44,300 nucleotides of DNA from Hydrurus foetidus. Lineage: Eukaryota. The stretch is from positions 1 through 44,300 of the forward strand of contig UYFQ01000025.1 of NCBI GenBank assembly GCA_900617105.1, read 5' to 3'. Shown piece by piece: positions 1 through 10,199 of the stretch. Position 1 is the stretch's first letter. Every line of letters starts with the position of its first letter. Both the position numbers and the translations under genes were made by a program. The notes beneath the pieces were generated by a model. The model made no database searches. It worked only from the letters and a program-made list of their open reading frames with translations, and was not told the DNA's origin.

Positions 1-737
1 TCGGAAAAAGACGAAGAGCCTCCGCTGATACCTATTGACACACTAATCCCTACTCTCCTCCTGACTCCTGCATTAGGGATTGAGGAGCCTCCCATCGATG
101 ATGTAATCGATGAGGAAAGCCCTCAATTCCGGGCAGCTTTAGATAGACGGATCGCTCAAATCCAATTACTAAGAGATGAGAGCCCGATCATAGATAACCC
201 GCTAGGGTTAATCGACATCGCGTCAAGGGTGGATCTGCCGTTAGGCGATCAACCCTCGTCTAGGAGCACTGAGATGAGAGCGATTCCCATCAACCTCCGT
301 CCGTCAAGTCCTGCACCGTCCGATGATGAAACGTCAAGTAGGAGTAGTAAAATTTTAAGTAGATTGGATAACGGGGGATACCCTCGCAAAAATTTTTCGA
401 GCGACTCCTCAATAACGGCAATAAAGGGTTGAATGGACTCTAATAACAATAATAATGATAAAACGGAATCGACGCCACGAGAAGCGGCTTTCTGGGATAA
501 GGATAGTAGCAGTAGTGATGATGAACCATCGAATAAGGATTCCAAAAAGAAGCCATATGATAAGGTGGTAAAGAGAATATAGTCTCAACGGAATTAAACA
601 GTGCTAATATCAGAAATAACAAAATCAGTCATCGATATAAATACGACAGACAAATTCCATCGTCTGCGTATGTTACACTCGGTACTCTCAACAAGGGGTT
701 ACTTACCCTCATTGAAGGTCATCGTACCGAGCCAATA
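1..737 (+). pseudogene. Disrupted N-terminal extension of element A Gag
   Basis: Frame 1 is open from base 1 (SEKDEEPPLI...) to TGA 430-432, continues past it (MDSNNNN...), and after a frameshift near 570-580 runs in frame into the ATG at 738. Confidence 0.55.
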
Positions 738-2024
738 ATGACAAAAATCAATACTCATGGATTCTCGAATTGGAAGATTATATTAGTTCCTAGATTAGAA
801 TATGAGGATGAAAAATCGATAGACTCATTATCATCAAAGCCCATAATTGAAAGAGTAGTTCTAGAAGAAGATGATGCATTTCATTACATTCATGATAATG
901 ATAGACTATTTCCACTAGTTTACATTATGTTCTCAAAGACTTTGCACCATAATATATCAATAAGAAATCAAAAATTACGAAACGGAATTGAATCTTATCG
1001 GGACATGATCAATTATGTATTTGGGCAAAGACAACAAGACGTGAAATTCGCGAGGAAAGCGTTAGACACATACCAAATAAATCCAAGTGTTCATTTTAGA
1101 TTAGAATATTCAAAATGGGAACAACTATTCTCAAATCAAGAACACGCACAGAGTAGAATGATGAATGACGTCGAGAAAATGGCTTGGGTTTCAGATCGGT
1201 TAGATTCTGACCCAAGACCTAAGATCGCTTCATCATTTGCTGCATGTGTCGTGAATAACACAAGTTATTATGAGTCGATGGGAATTATGTTGCGAGTCGC
1301 AGATGCAATGCCGCCTGAAACAGCATTCATTTGCATGGCCAGTGTAACATCCTTTCCGGAAACATCGAGTAGTTCGGAATATTCTCTCTACCAAAATACA
1401 ATTCAGAATCAATCTCAAGCAAAATTATCTCAATATCAAGCTTTGTCAAATCCTCCGCAAAATCCGGGTGAACAAACACAATATAATCCAAATTATAATT
1501 ATGATATAAATAACAAAAACAAAATTCAAGATGCAAGATCATCACCTGAAAGTACAAGAGAGAGTAATAGACCAATTAAAAATGGTGGATATTGTTTTGG
1601 ATTTCAAAAAGGGACTTGTAGTAAACCAACATGCAAGTATAAGCATGAAATGAATTCAGACAATGAAAATAAAATACCTCAACCTCAACCAAACACTATT
1701 CCATGCAAAAAGTCAGTACAATTTGATCTAAGTCAAGCACAAATTGACTCAGTAGGACCAAAGGTTGGTGACTCAAGTATACGGGGTGGGTATTCCAAAG
1801 CTCAAATTAAAAGATTAAATTGGATGAGATCACAAGACACTGAAACTGAACATCAAGTGCGTTCATTTTCAGGTTGGGGTAACCCTTCTGCGCCGCCATA
1901 TCAATCAAATGAAGATAGGCATAATACACTGATGAGAGTGCGTATAACTCCAAATGATCAAAGAACAATAAAAACAAATATGCAAAATCAAGAATATAAA
2001 AATAAATATTTAATTGAAAAATGA
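738..2024 (+). pseudogene. gag: Element A Gag-like region with CCCH zinc finger
   Basis: Helical Gag-like core upstream of pol; CFGFQKGTCSKPTCKYKH (C-x7-C-x4-C-x3-H) at 1593-1646. Confidence 0.65.
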
Positions 2025-3388
2025 ATCAAAATGAAATGAAAAGTCACCAAAGAGCTCTACTCCAAAATGTACAAAATGATTATTCTGCTTGTTCTATTCC
2101 CCAAAGGGCGATCAATGCCTCCATTTTGTTAGCAGAACAATACTATTTGTTTCATTTATATGTAATGGAATATAATAGAAATGATCCTGCTACAACAATA
2201 GTTCCATATATTTTCTTATTCAAAAACAAAAGAACAATTAAGAATAATCAAGAGAGAGCAAATCAATATACTGATCTTTTTGGTTGGCATAAGAATCCAT
2301 CTACTACACGTAGAAAGGATATTAGAACACCAACAGTTAAATGGATGCACCTGATGTATCAGATAGGAGCCACATTGTTACAAGCATGTGTGGTACTCCC
2401 TCCCGCTGATGAAAAGGCAGGAGCTCAGCATTTTATGAAATTCAATCCGTACTGTATTGACGGGATGACGGAAAAATACATTCTCTCAACTAGACCAGGA
2501 CACTATTGGTCTCAAATGACTTGTGTCAGTGAATATGCAGAAGTAATTAAAAGTGTTGATCAATATACACAATTTAATGAAGTAACTAATAATACATTAT
2601 TCATTGATACGGTTTTACACGCAATAATATTCGACTTTGTCGCATTTGCTGGTCAATATGTTGGGTATTATCATGAGAAATCAAATCTTGATTTCGAAGA
2701 TTTATTAAGAAAGGCACTACAAATAGACATCTTAAAAGAGAATGATCCATCATTTGTTATGTTTAGAATTAGAGATGCTTTCTTAGTCATCTCAAGACTA
2801 GTAAGACCAATAAATGATTTAGTAAAAAGATCATTGTCGTCAAGATTAACGGCTGACGTAGATGAACTAATAAATTCAAATAGATCCTCAACAGGATATG
2901 TAAAGAAACCATTGATAACAGTATTATATGACAGAGCTCAATCACCTAAATTTGATGTAGATGTAGTAACAAGAACAACTGTACAGTTGTCTCCAATATA
3001 TGTACATACATCAGATCAAAGTGAGAATGAAGACGAGTCAAGTGATACGTCATATGATAGAGTAGATCTGCCTGACAGTCCAATGTCAATAGACTCTATT
3101 CAATCAACTCAATTTAATATTGAAACACCAAAATACATTGAATATGTTGGAGGTGTAAGAATTGTAGATTATGATCAGCTTGGCAAATACAGAGAACTCA
3201 AAGGATATGAGGTTAATCAACCGGAACCAGAACCAGAATTAGAAAGTAATATAACTGAGGCTGAAGAAAATTTAGTATATAAAGATGCAATAACAGAATT
3301 CGAAAAAATATTAGTGATGATGATGAGAATGCAAATGAAAACTTGGAAGAAAGACAAATTAGATATAAAAATAAATTTGAAAGTTTAA
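2021..3388 (+). CDS. Unknown 455-aa ORF/domain between gag and protease of element A
   Basis: Long ORF with a globular-looking N-terminal ~270 aa and an acidic tail; same strand and composition as the flanking gag/pol; both junctions fall at A-homopolymer runs. Confidence 0.6.
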   Translation: MNQNEMKSHQRALLQNVQNDYSACSIPQRAINASILLAEQYYLFHLYVMEYNRNDPATTIVPYIFLFKNKRTIKNNQERANQYTDLFGWHKNPSTTRRKDIRTPTVKWMHLMYQIGATLLQACVVLPPADEKAGAQHFMKFNPYCIDGMTEKYILSTRPGHYWSQMTCVSEYAEVIKSVDQYTQFNEVTNNTLFIDTVLHAIIFDFVAFAGQYVGYYHEKSNLDFEDLLRKALQIDILKENDPSFVMFRIRDAFLVISRLVRPINDLVKRSLSSRLTADVDELINSNRSSTGYVKKPLITVLYDRAQSPKFDVDVVTRTTVQLSPIYVHTSDQSENEDESSDTSYDRVDLPDSPMSIDSIQSTQFNIETPKYIEYVGGVRIVDYDQLGKYRELKGYEVNQPEPEPELESNITEAEENLVYKDAITEFEKILVMMMRMQMKTWKKDKLDIKINLKV

Positions 3389-3526
3389 TAAAAGAACATG
3401 ATTCAAAAAGATTAAAAGTAAAGATAATAACAAAACGAGCGGATCAAATGAAATTAATGAAAATACTAATATAGAACCAATAGAAAAGCAATTTAAATCT
3501 TTAAGAATCGGTCATATTAAAAATCA

Positions 3527-5060
3527 ATGAAAATGCAAGGGCAAATTATATTCTATTCTGGTGCGTCAACATGTGCCACATCTGATCCTACATTATTACG
3601 ACACATGATATATGGACAGGGTATCAAAGCTACTCCAGCTTTTGGTCCCGCCATAGAATCCAAAGCAACAGTATTATATGGACCATTAGGTCTCGACATT
3701 ATACTTATGGAAGGGATGAAAGAAACACTAATTTCAATCTCCCAACTATGTAATGGTGGATTATCTGGATCACAGAATGTTGTTATATTTACATTAGAAG
3801 GAATGCGATGTTTCTCAATAGAATCTATTAGAGAGGCATTAGCACTAATAGATAAACTAGGTATTGAAATTATTCGTGGATACATATCAAATGGTGTATA
3901 TGTATATGACCGAAATGAAGAAAAATCTATAAATGAAGTGATAACTAAGGAAATTGTAGTTCACAAAACACCTTCTCCTACTTTTAAAGAAACAACAGTA
4001 AATAATAATAAATCCGCAACATTATATTTGACACAATTCAAGCCTGTGTCATTATATAACCACGTCCATATGGTTACCGGACATCCCGGAAACATCGGAA
4101 TGTTATGGCATTTAAAAAACTCAACAAATGCAAAATTCACTGAAGAGGATGCAAATAAACAACGCGGTCCTTGTACGGGTTGTGTGTATGGTACCATGCA
4201 TCAAACTGGAACTGATCACAGAAGAGAACATAGAGATCTTCCTGTTAAACCAGGACAATGTTTCTCTCTGGATGCATATCAGCTCAATTTCTATTCCGCA
4301 AAAGAATATAAGCATTATGATATTTATACGGATTTAGCAACGCGTCGTTGTTATCCGGTTTATACTAAAGATGGGTCTGCTTATGAACTATGTGCTCAGA
4401 GTTTGAAATTATTTAATCAACACCCTGAGTGGCAATATGTCCATGATACCGATACTCGGCGATTCATTCGACTTGACCCAGAAAGAAATTATAGATCAAA
4501 TGAATTCTCAGCGTTTGTTAGTTCAAAAGGATACCAACTCGAGCACACACCATCCAGAGACAAACATGCTGGTGGTGTTGCAGAAAGAGCTGTGGGAGTC
4601 ATTGTTGCGAAAACAAATGTTGCAATGCTTAGCCCAGACAATTCAGTCCCTCAAATATATTGGGATTTAGCAATGACATATGCATGCGATACAGCATCAT
4701 ATAAATTCTCAAAAGTAATAGGAACGTCCCCATATATGAAAATAACGGGACAACCAATCAATATAAAATACTTACAACCTTTTTGGTCTTCATGTTATGT
4801 ATTCATACCTCTAGCTGAACGTGTCAAATTAGGTGTAAGAAGAGCGTATAAAGCTAAGTTTTGTGGATATTCTTCAATTTCCTAACTACTTCGTAATTCC
4901 ATATGAAAATGGTAAATATGGACGAATCCGTGAAAGTAAAGACGTAATATTTGATCCAACAATAGACTTTAGTATATACACAAAAGATGAAGAACTGTAC
5001 GATCGTGGACTTGTACATACAGATCACTATGTACTGTTTTTACATCGACAGGCAGCACCA
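3527..5060 (+). pseudogene. pol: Element A pol fragment: protease (catalytic D replaced by Y), Gag-pre-integrase HHCC, integrase
   Basis: ORF 3527-4885 plus frameshifted 4863-~5060; TAT at 3554-3556 sits where the Asp of D-S-G-A is expected. Confidence 0.8.
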
Positions 5061-8000
5061 GAGACTGCCCACAACGAAAATCGTCATCGGTGACTGCCAC
5101 GTATCGATCGGTGAACCGACTGACGGGGGTGACAGCGACGACAGCGAGTGGGGCGTGGCGCTAGTTGCATCAGAAGAGAAATGTTGCTTCACAAGATATG
5201 ATGTGCTGCTAGACAATGAGGCATCGCTTAACATATTCAGCAATTCGAGTCTACTGACAGACATACGCAAGGCAACACGGTCAGTGAAAGTCAGCGGTAC
5301 TCATCTAGGCAGTGAGGTGAACGTCGATCGCGAAGGAGAATTCGGAGAGTTGGGAACCGTCTTCTACAGTGGATCAGCAGCTGCTAACATCCTGTCATTC
5401 GCATCACAAGTTGCTGCAGGAGCCATCATACGCTATGATTACGAGAAGGATGTGTTCACCTTACAACCGAAGGGGAGCAATAGGACTTACCGTTTCGGTA
5501 GAAAGCGAGTGGAAGGTAGCGAAGGTCGGTTCTACTCATGCGACTGGCGAGAAGTCGATGCCGAGATCGCGATGGTGACCACGGTAGCGGAGAATTCGAA
5601 GCTCTTTACGAAGCGAGAAATCGAGCGAGCTAGACAGGCTCGGGAGCTGATGGCTAGAATGGGGTTCCCTACAGTCGAGCAGGCAATGTCTATCGTTAAT
5701 AGGGAAGCAATTTTGATATCACTACGCGAGATTTCCAGATAGCTGACGCTGTATGGGGTAAAGATATGGCCTCAGTTAAAGGAAAGACCACTAAAAGAGC
5801 GAGCCCATCGGCCGATATCGTTATTAGCGCAAAAATCGAGCAAAGAGATCTGGTGGTATCGATCGACATTATGTTTATTGATAAAGTAGCTATGCTAATC
5901 GGCGTGGCGACTCCACTGGGACTAACTATCGCATACAGTTTAACTGACATAGCATCCAAGAAGTCCTCGAGAGGCGTTGCGGAAGTTAGGAATGGGATCA
6001 CCCACTTCCGATCATTTCTCGCGTCGCAGAACTTTCGAGTCACCACCATTATGAGCGATGGAGAAGGAGCGGTCGTCAGTCTAATTGACGAGCTAGGACT
6101 GTTGGAAGTCGAAGTCGATATCAGTAGAGCGGGAGGGCACGTAGCTCGAATCGAGAGGAAAATTCGACTCACAAAGGAAAGAGTACGACCATACGTAGTG
6201 TATCATTTGCCTTTTACATTATCGACCGTGGGTATCACTATGTGTATTCTGTACGTCGTATTCAGGCTGAACTACGAACCAGCCGGAATACGAGAATCGG
6301 GCCCCAGCCCGCGGGAAGCCTTCATCGGGAGAAAGCCTGACGGCAAGAGGGACTTCAGATGCTCATTCGGTGACTACGTGCAATGCACTGTACCGAACAC
6401 TGATTCATCGCTCAAACCACGTACAGAAGATTGTGTTGTCATGTTACCGTTAGGGAATAGGACCGGTACCGTGCGGATGCTGTCGCTATCGACAGGCAGA
6501 ATGGTGAATCGTGATCACTTCCGAGTGATGCCGATGTTGGAATCAGTCATAAAACGTATGAACGAACTCGCACTGGCTGATGGGAGGAAGAAGGGTAAGG
6601 GTGTGCCGACAGACATACACACAAGATGATGGTGGACGAGAAGGACTACCTGACACGATTGAGGTGTGTGTGAACAACGGGGTGGACCCGTCAGTAGTCC
6701 CCATGGGGGAAGATGAAGTGAGCGAGCAATTGAACGATCAGGCAGACGAGAGGCAGGAGGAATTCGGCGACATGACATGTGATGCGTTAGATCTGAGCGA
6801 ACCTACCTACACACCGTTTGTCGCTAACGTGAGGCCAAAGTCGGTTGAGATGGATGAACTGATCGGAAGTATGAGTAGCATGGAAGTCGGACCGTATCAA
6901 TATGTTGATGAGCCGATCGACGGGATTGACTCGCAGGGGGTCCCGGTCGACCATACAGCGGGTGGCGGCGTAGGGAACGCCGAAGAGAAGACGGAGCAGA
7001 CACACATGGAGGTGCTTGAAGCACGCATGAGAGCAGAACCAGGTCCAGCTGCGCGTATGAGACGTGGTGACTTTATGAGTTACTTCAGAGGAGGGGACGG
7101 TGAGGTAGCGCTACTGACGAGAGACTACAGTGAAGACGGAGAACACTGGGGCGAATATATCTTCAACATATCGGTGAACGAGGCGCTGAGAACCAGGGGT
7201 GATGCAGCGGTAAGTGTGATCGAGATGGAGCTGGAACAAATGATCGCTAAGAAGGTGTGGTCACCGGTGAATCTGAAGGGGCTAACTAAGGAAGAAAAGT
7301 ACAGGATCATCCGCTCGAGTATGTTCCTGAAGGATAAGTTTCTTGCTAGCGGCGAGTTCCAGAAATTGAAGGCGAGACTGGTCGCAGGAGGTGACCAGCA
7401 GGACAAGAGTCTTTACGAAGATCTGTCTGCTCCAACGGTAGGGACGAGTTCGGTGTTCGTACTGCTCAGCATCGCGGCGCATGAGGGCCGAGCGATCACA
7501 GTGATAGATATTAGTGGAGCATTTCTGAATGCGGATATGATCACCGGACTGACTGTTCACATGAGGTTGGACAGGAACATGTCCAACATGATGATCAAGC
7601 TCGCACCAGAATACTCCGAGTATGTGGACAACAAGGGATGCGTGGTGGTAAGACTGGACAAGGCCTTATACGGGTGTGTGGAATCTGCCGCGCTATGGTA
7701 TGAGAACCTGAGAGATAGTCTAGCAGCATTGGGATACGTGCCGAATGCACATGATATGTGCGTGTTCAACAAGCACAATGAATACGGAGTACAGTGTAGC
7801 ATTGCAGTGCACGTGGACGATTTGATGATAACTAGTATCGATGGCGGGATGATTGAGTCACTATCAAATGGACTGGTCGCAAGGTACGGTGACATTACAC
7901 GCAAGAACGGACCCATAGTAAACTACCTAGGTATGGTTTTCGACATATCAACTACAGGTGTGGCGCGGGTGTCAATGCGCGGATACGTCGAGGATATGCT

Positions 8001-8781
8001 GAAGGAGAGCAGCACTGTAGGAGGTGCGAGGACGCCGGCCACGGAGGGACTGTTCGACGTGAGGGAGGATGCGGCGATGGCGACTGAGGGGGAGCGGATA
8101 CGGTTTCACCGCCATGTTGCGAAGCTTCTATACTTGGCGAAACGCGCGAGACCAGACTGCCTCACTGCAGTGGCGTTCCTGACGACGCGAGTGACCAAGT
8201 GCAGCATGGATGACCTAGTGAAACTTGAGCGACTGCTGAAGTACGTGTGCGCCACGAAAGACAGGGGGATAGTGTTCCAGGCGGGGAGCAAGGGAATCGT
8301 CGTGAGCGTTCTGATCGATGCGGCGTACGGTGTACACCCGGACGGGAAGTCACACACGGGGAGCTGTGTCGTGGTGGGAACGAGGGGTACAGTGCACTGC
8401 AAGTCGGCGAAGCAACAGATTGTAACCAAGTCGAGCACGGAAGCAGAGCTGGTGGCGCTGTCCGACTCAACTAACCAAGCTCTATTTCTTAGAAATTTCA
8501 TAATAGGGCAAGGACACACACCAGGGCCAGTGACGGTGTACCAGGACAACATGTCATGCATGTCCCTCATCGAGCGTGGACGGTCAGCGGGGGAGCGGAC
8601 CAGTCACATCTCGATCAAGTACTTCTGGCTGAAGGAGAGAGTGGACGCGGGAGAGGCACGGGTGGTGCATCTGGGGACCACGGACATGTACGCGAACCTT
8701 CTGACGAAGCCGCTACAGGGAGCCCAGTTTAAATCAGAAAGATACGGAATCACCGGATGGGATGATGATACTTTAGCATAG
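5060..8781 (+). pseudogene. pol: Element B gag-pol remnant (frameshifts near 5095, 5700 and 6610)
   Basis: ORFs 4987-5742, 5766-6629 and 6580-8781 align consecutively with the element C polyprotein. Confidence 0.88.
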
Positions 8782-8840
8782 ATCATTTAATACCAAGACT
8801 TATGTTTGATGCGTGAATAGAAACAATTGTGATGTAGCAT

Positions 8841-8847
8841 AGGGGTG
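8841..8847 (+). promoter_or_regulatory. Polypurine tract of Copia B
   Basis: AGGGGTG immediately before the LTR start TGTTG; the same motif precedes the 3' LTR of C. Confidence 0.7.
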
Positions 8848-8915
8848 TGTTGGAGATATCTTAGTTTATGACAAGAACACAATCTGTGTACTTATGCATT
8901 CGTACGGACGTACGG

Positions 8916-8977
<62 letters not shown>

Positions 8978-9202
8978 CGAAAGACGTATGGACCCGTGCA
9001 TTGTTTTTATACTTCAAGAGTAGAGATAGAATGTAATTGTTGTTGCGTTGGAAGGGACTCGGGGCTTCAGCAGGGATGAAGCACAGTCAATTTACAAGTG
9101 TTTACTGACAACATAGTCTAATTTCACGAGCCTTGACTTTGATCCGATACGCTGCTGTACTATCCGGTTCGTACTTCGCCCAGGATCTCAGAATCGTCAA
9201 CA
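8848..9202 (+). repeat. 3' LTR of Copia B (355 bp)
   Basis: TGTTG...CAACA termini; alignable with the C LTR (e.g. GTGTACTTATG, GCACAGTC, ACAAGTGTTTACTGA, TTTCACGAG). Confidence 0.85.
8917..8976. repeat. (TG)n microsatellite inside B LTR
   Basis: (TG)26 TA (TG)3. Confidence 0.98.
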
Positions 9203-9255
9203 CGTCTACCATAATATGGATCGATCGACCTTACGGTCGGTTCTTTATGCACGGC

Positions 9256-9540
9256 ATACACCGTTATTTTAGACAATACACCGTTATTTTAGACAAGCTA
9301 CTGAGCGAATCACTACTGAGCGAAGAGGAGTTTGAAGTACTGCTTCTTACTTATTTGCGTGACAAAGTAATATACGAGTTTATGGGATTAACTCGCGCGA
9401 TTTCTTGTTGACTTACTTTTAGCCTCTGGTATCTAAACTACAAAACGTACGTGGTTGAGTATTGCACTTGAAGATCTTTCGACGTAGCTCAAGATTCAAT
9501 GACAATACATGTGACTACAAGCTACTGAGCGAATCACTAC
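9256..9540 (+). repeat. Short direct duplications
   Basis: ATACACCGTTATTTTAGACA x2 (9256-9295); ACAAGCTACTGAGCGAATCACTAC at 9293-9316 and 9517-9540. Confidence 0.85.
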
Positions 9541-9872
9541 GATGTAAGTTATCCGGTGCGTTTGTACGTACGGAGCTAAGTTCCTCGAACAGAGCCTTGA
9601 GCTGGAGCTTCGCTTCTTCAGACTACTTCAGATTCAGTTTTCCCATAGTATCTATGATGTCATTCATTATTGGTGGCAACGCATCTTGACGTTCATCGGA
9701 TCAACAGGCTTCAGTCGTGATCGCCGCGCATTTAACGAGACAGCGGTAGTTCGTAAATCGGGGCCAATATGGCCAACAGGGCCACAGAACATCTCTCAAG
9801 GATCCCCATAGCAACCACGGCCCTGATTGTCACCAATCTTGCCATTCATTTTACATTCGTCGTAACCTCAGC

Positions 9873-10175
9873 TGTTGAATATATCTGAGTATATGACACG
9901 TACACAATGCGTGTACTTATGGTTACGTACGGAAGTACAGTTTAGTGCGTGCGCGTACGAGGATATCTCTGCGCACACTGCAAGTACAACAGTAGATTAG
10001 ACTTGGATCGCATGAATTCGGATGGACTCGAGGCTTGTTGCCATCTACAGCACAGTCTAATTAACAAGTGTTTACTGATACGTTAGATCTTATTTCACGA
10101 GTCCTGATAGCTCCGAACTCACGCCGCTGTACTCCAAGTACTGACGACGGTTGTGAGACCTCAGATTCTTCAACA
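9873..10175 (+). repeat. 5' LTR of Copia C
   Basis: TGTTGAA...TTCAACA; 16 substitutions versus the 3' LTR by manual alignment. Confidence 0.95.
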
Positions 10176-10184
10176 TAATTAGAC
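10176..10184 (+). promoter_or_regulatory. Non-tRNA primer-binding site TAATTAGAC, complementary to LTR 10055-10063
   Basis: Directly abuts the 5' LTR end; perfect reverse complement of GTCTAATTA inside the LTR; no TGG start. Confidence 0.65.
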
Positions 10185-10199
10185 AGAGTCGGCATTGAG

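Larger units (their letters stand above)
1..5060 (+). mobile_element. Copia-type LTR retrotransposon remnant A (AT-rich family; 5' end outside window, RT/RNaseH and 3' LTR deleted)
   Basis: Order is gag-like, protease-like (IIFYSGAST), HHCC (HVHMVTGHPG...CTGC), DDE integrase (SLDAY / RLDPE / AERAVG), then the Copia post-IN motif (PFWSSCYVFIP...KAKFCGYS...ESKDVIFD). Integrase directly after protease is the Copia order. Confidence 0.85.
5060..9202 (+). mobile_element. 5'-truncated CoDi-like Copia element B with 3' LTR
   Basis: PR (VLLDNEAS), IN (SIDIMF / MSDGE / IERKIR), RT (KARLVAGG, LDKALYG, HVDDL), RNaseH (DAAYGVH...SSTEAELVA...YQDN), PPT and LTR; colinear with element C. Confidence 0.92.

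Noticed and set aside
2021..2024. ATGA stop/start overlap as termination-reinitiation
   Set aside because: Lies in an A-run; a single missing A would fuse the ORFs, and similar indels are common in this window.
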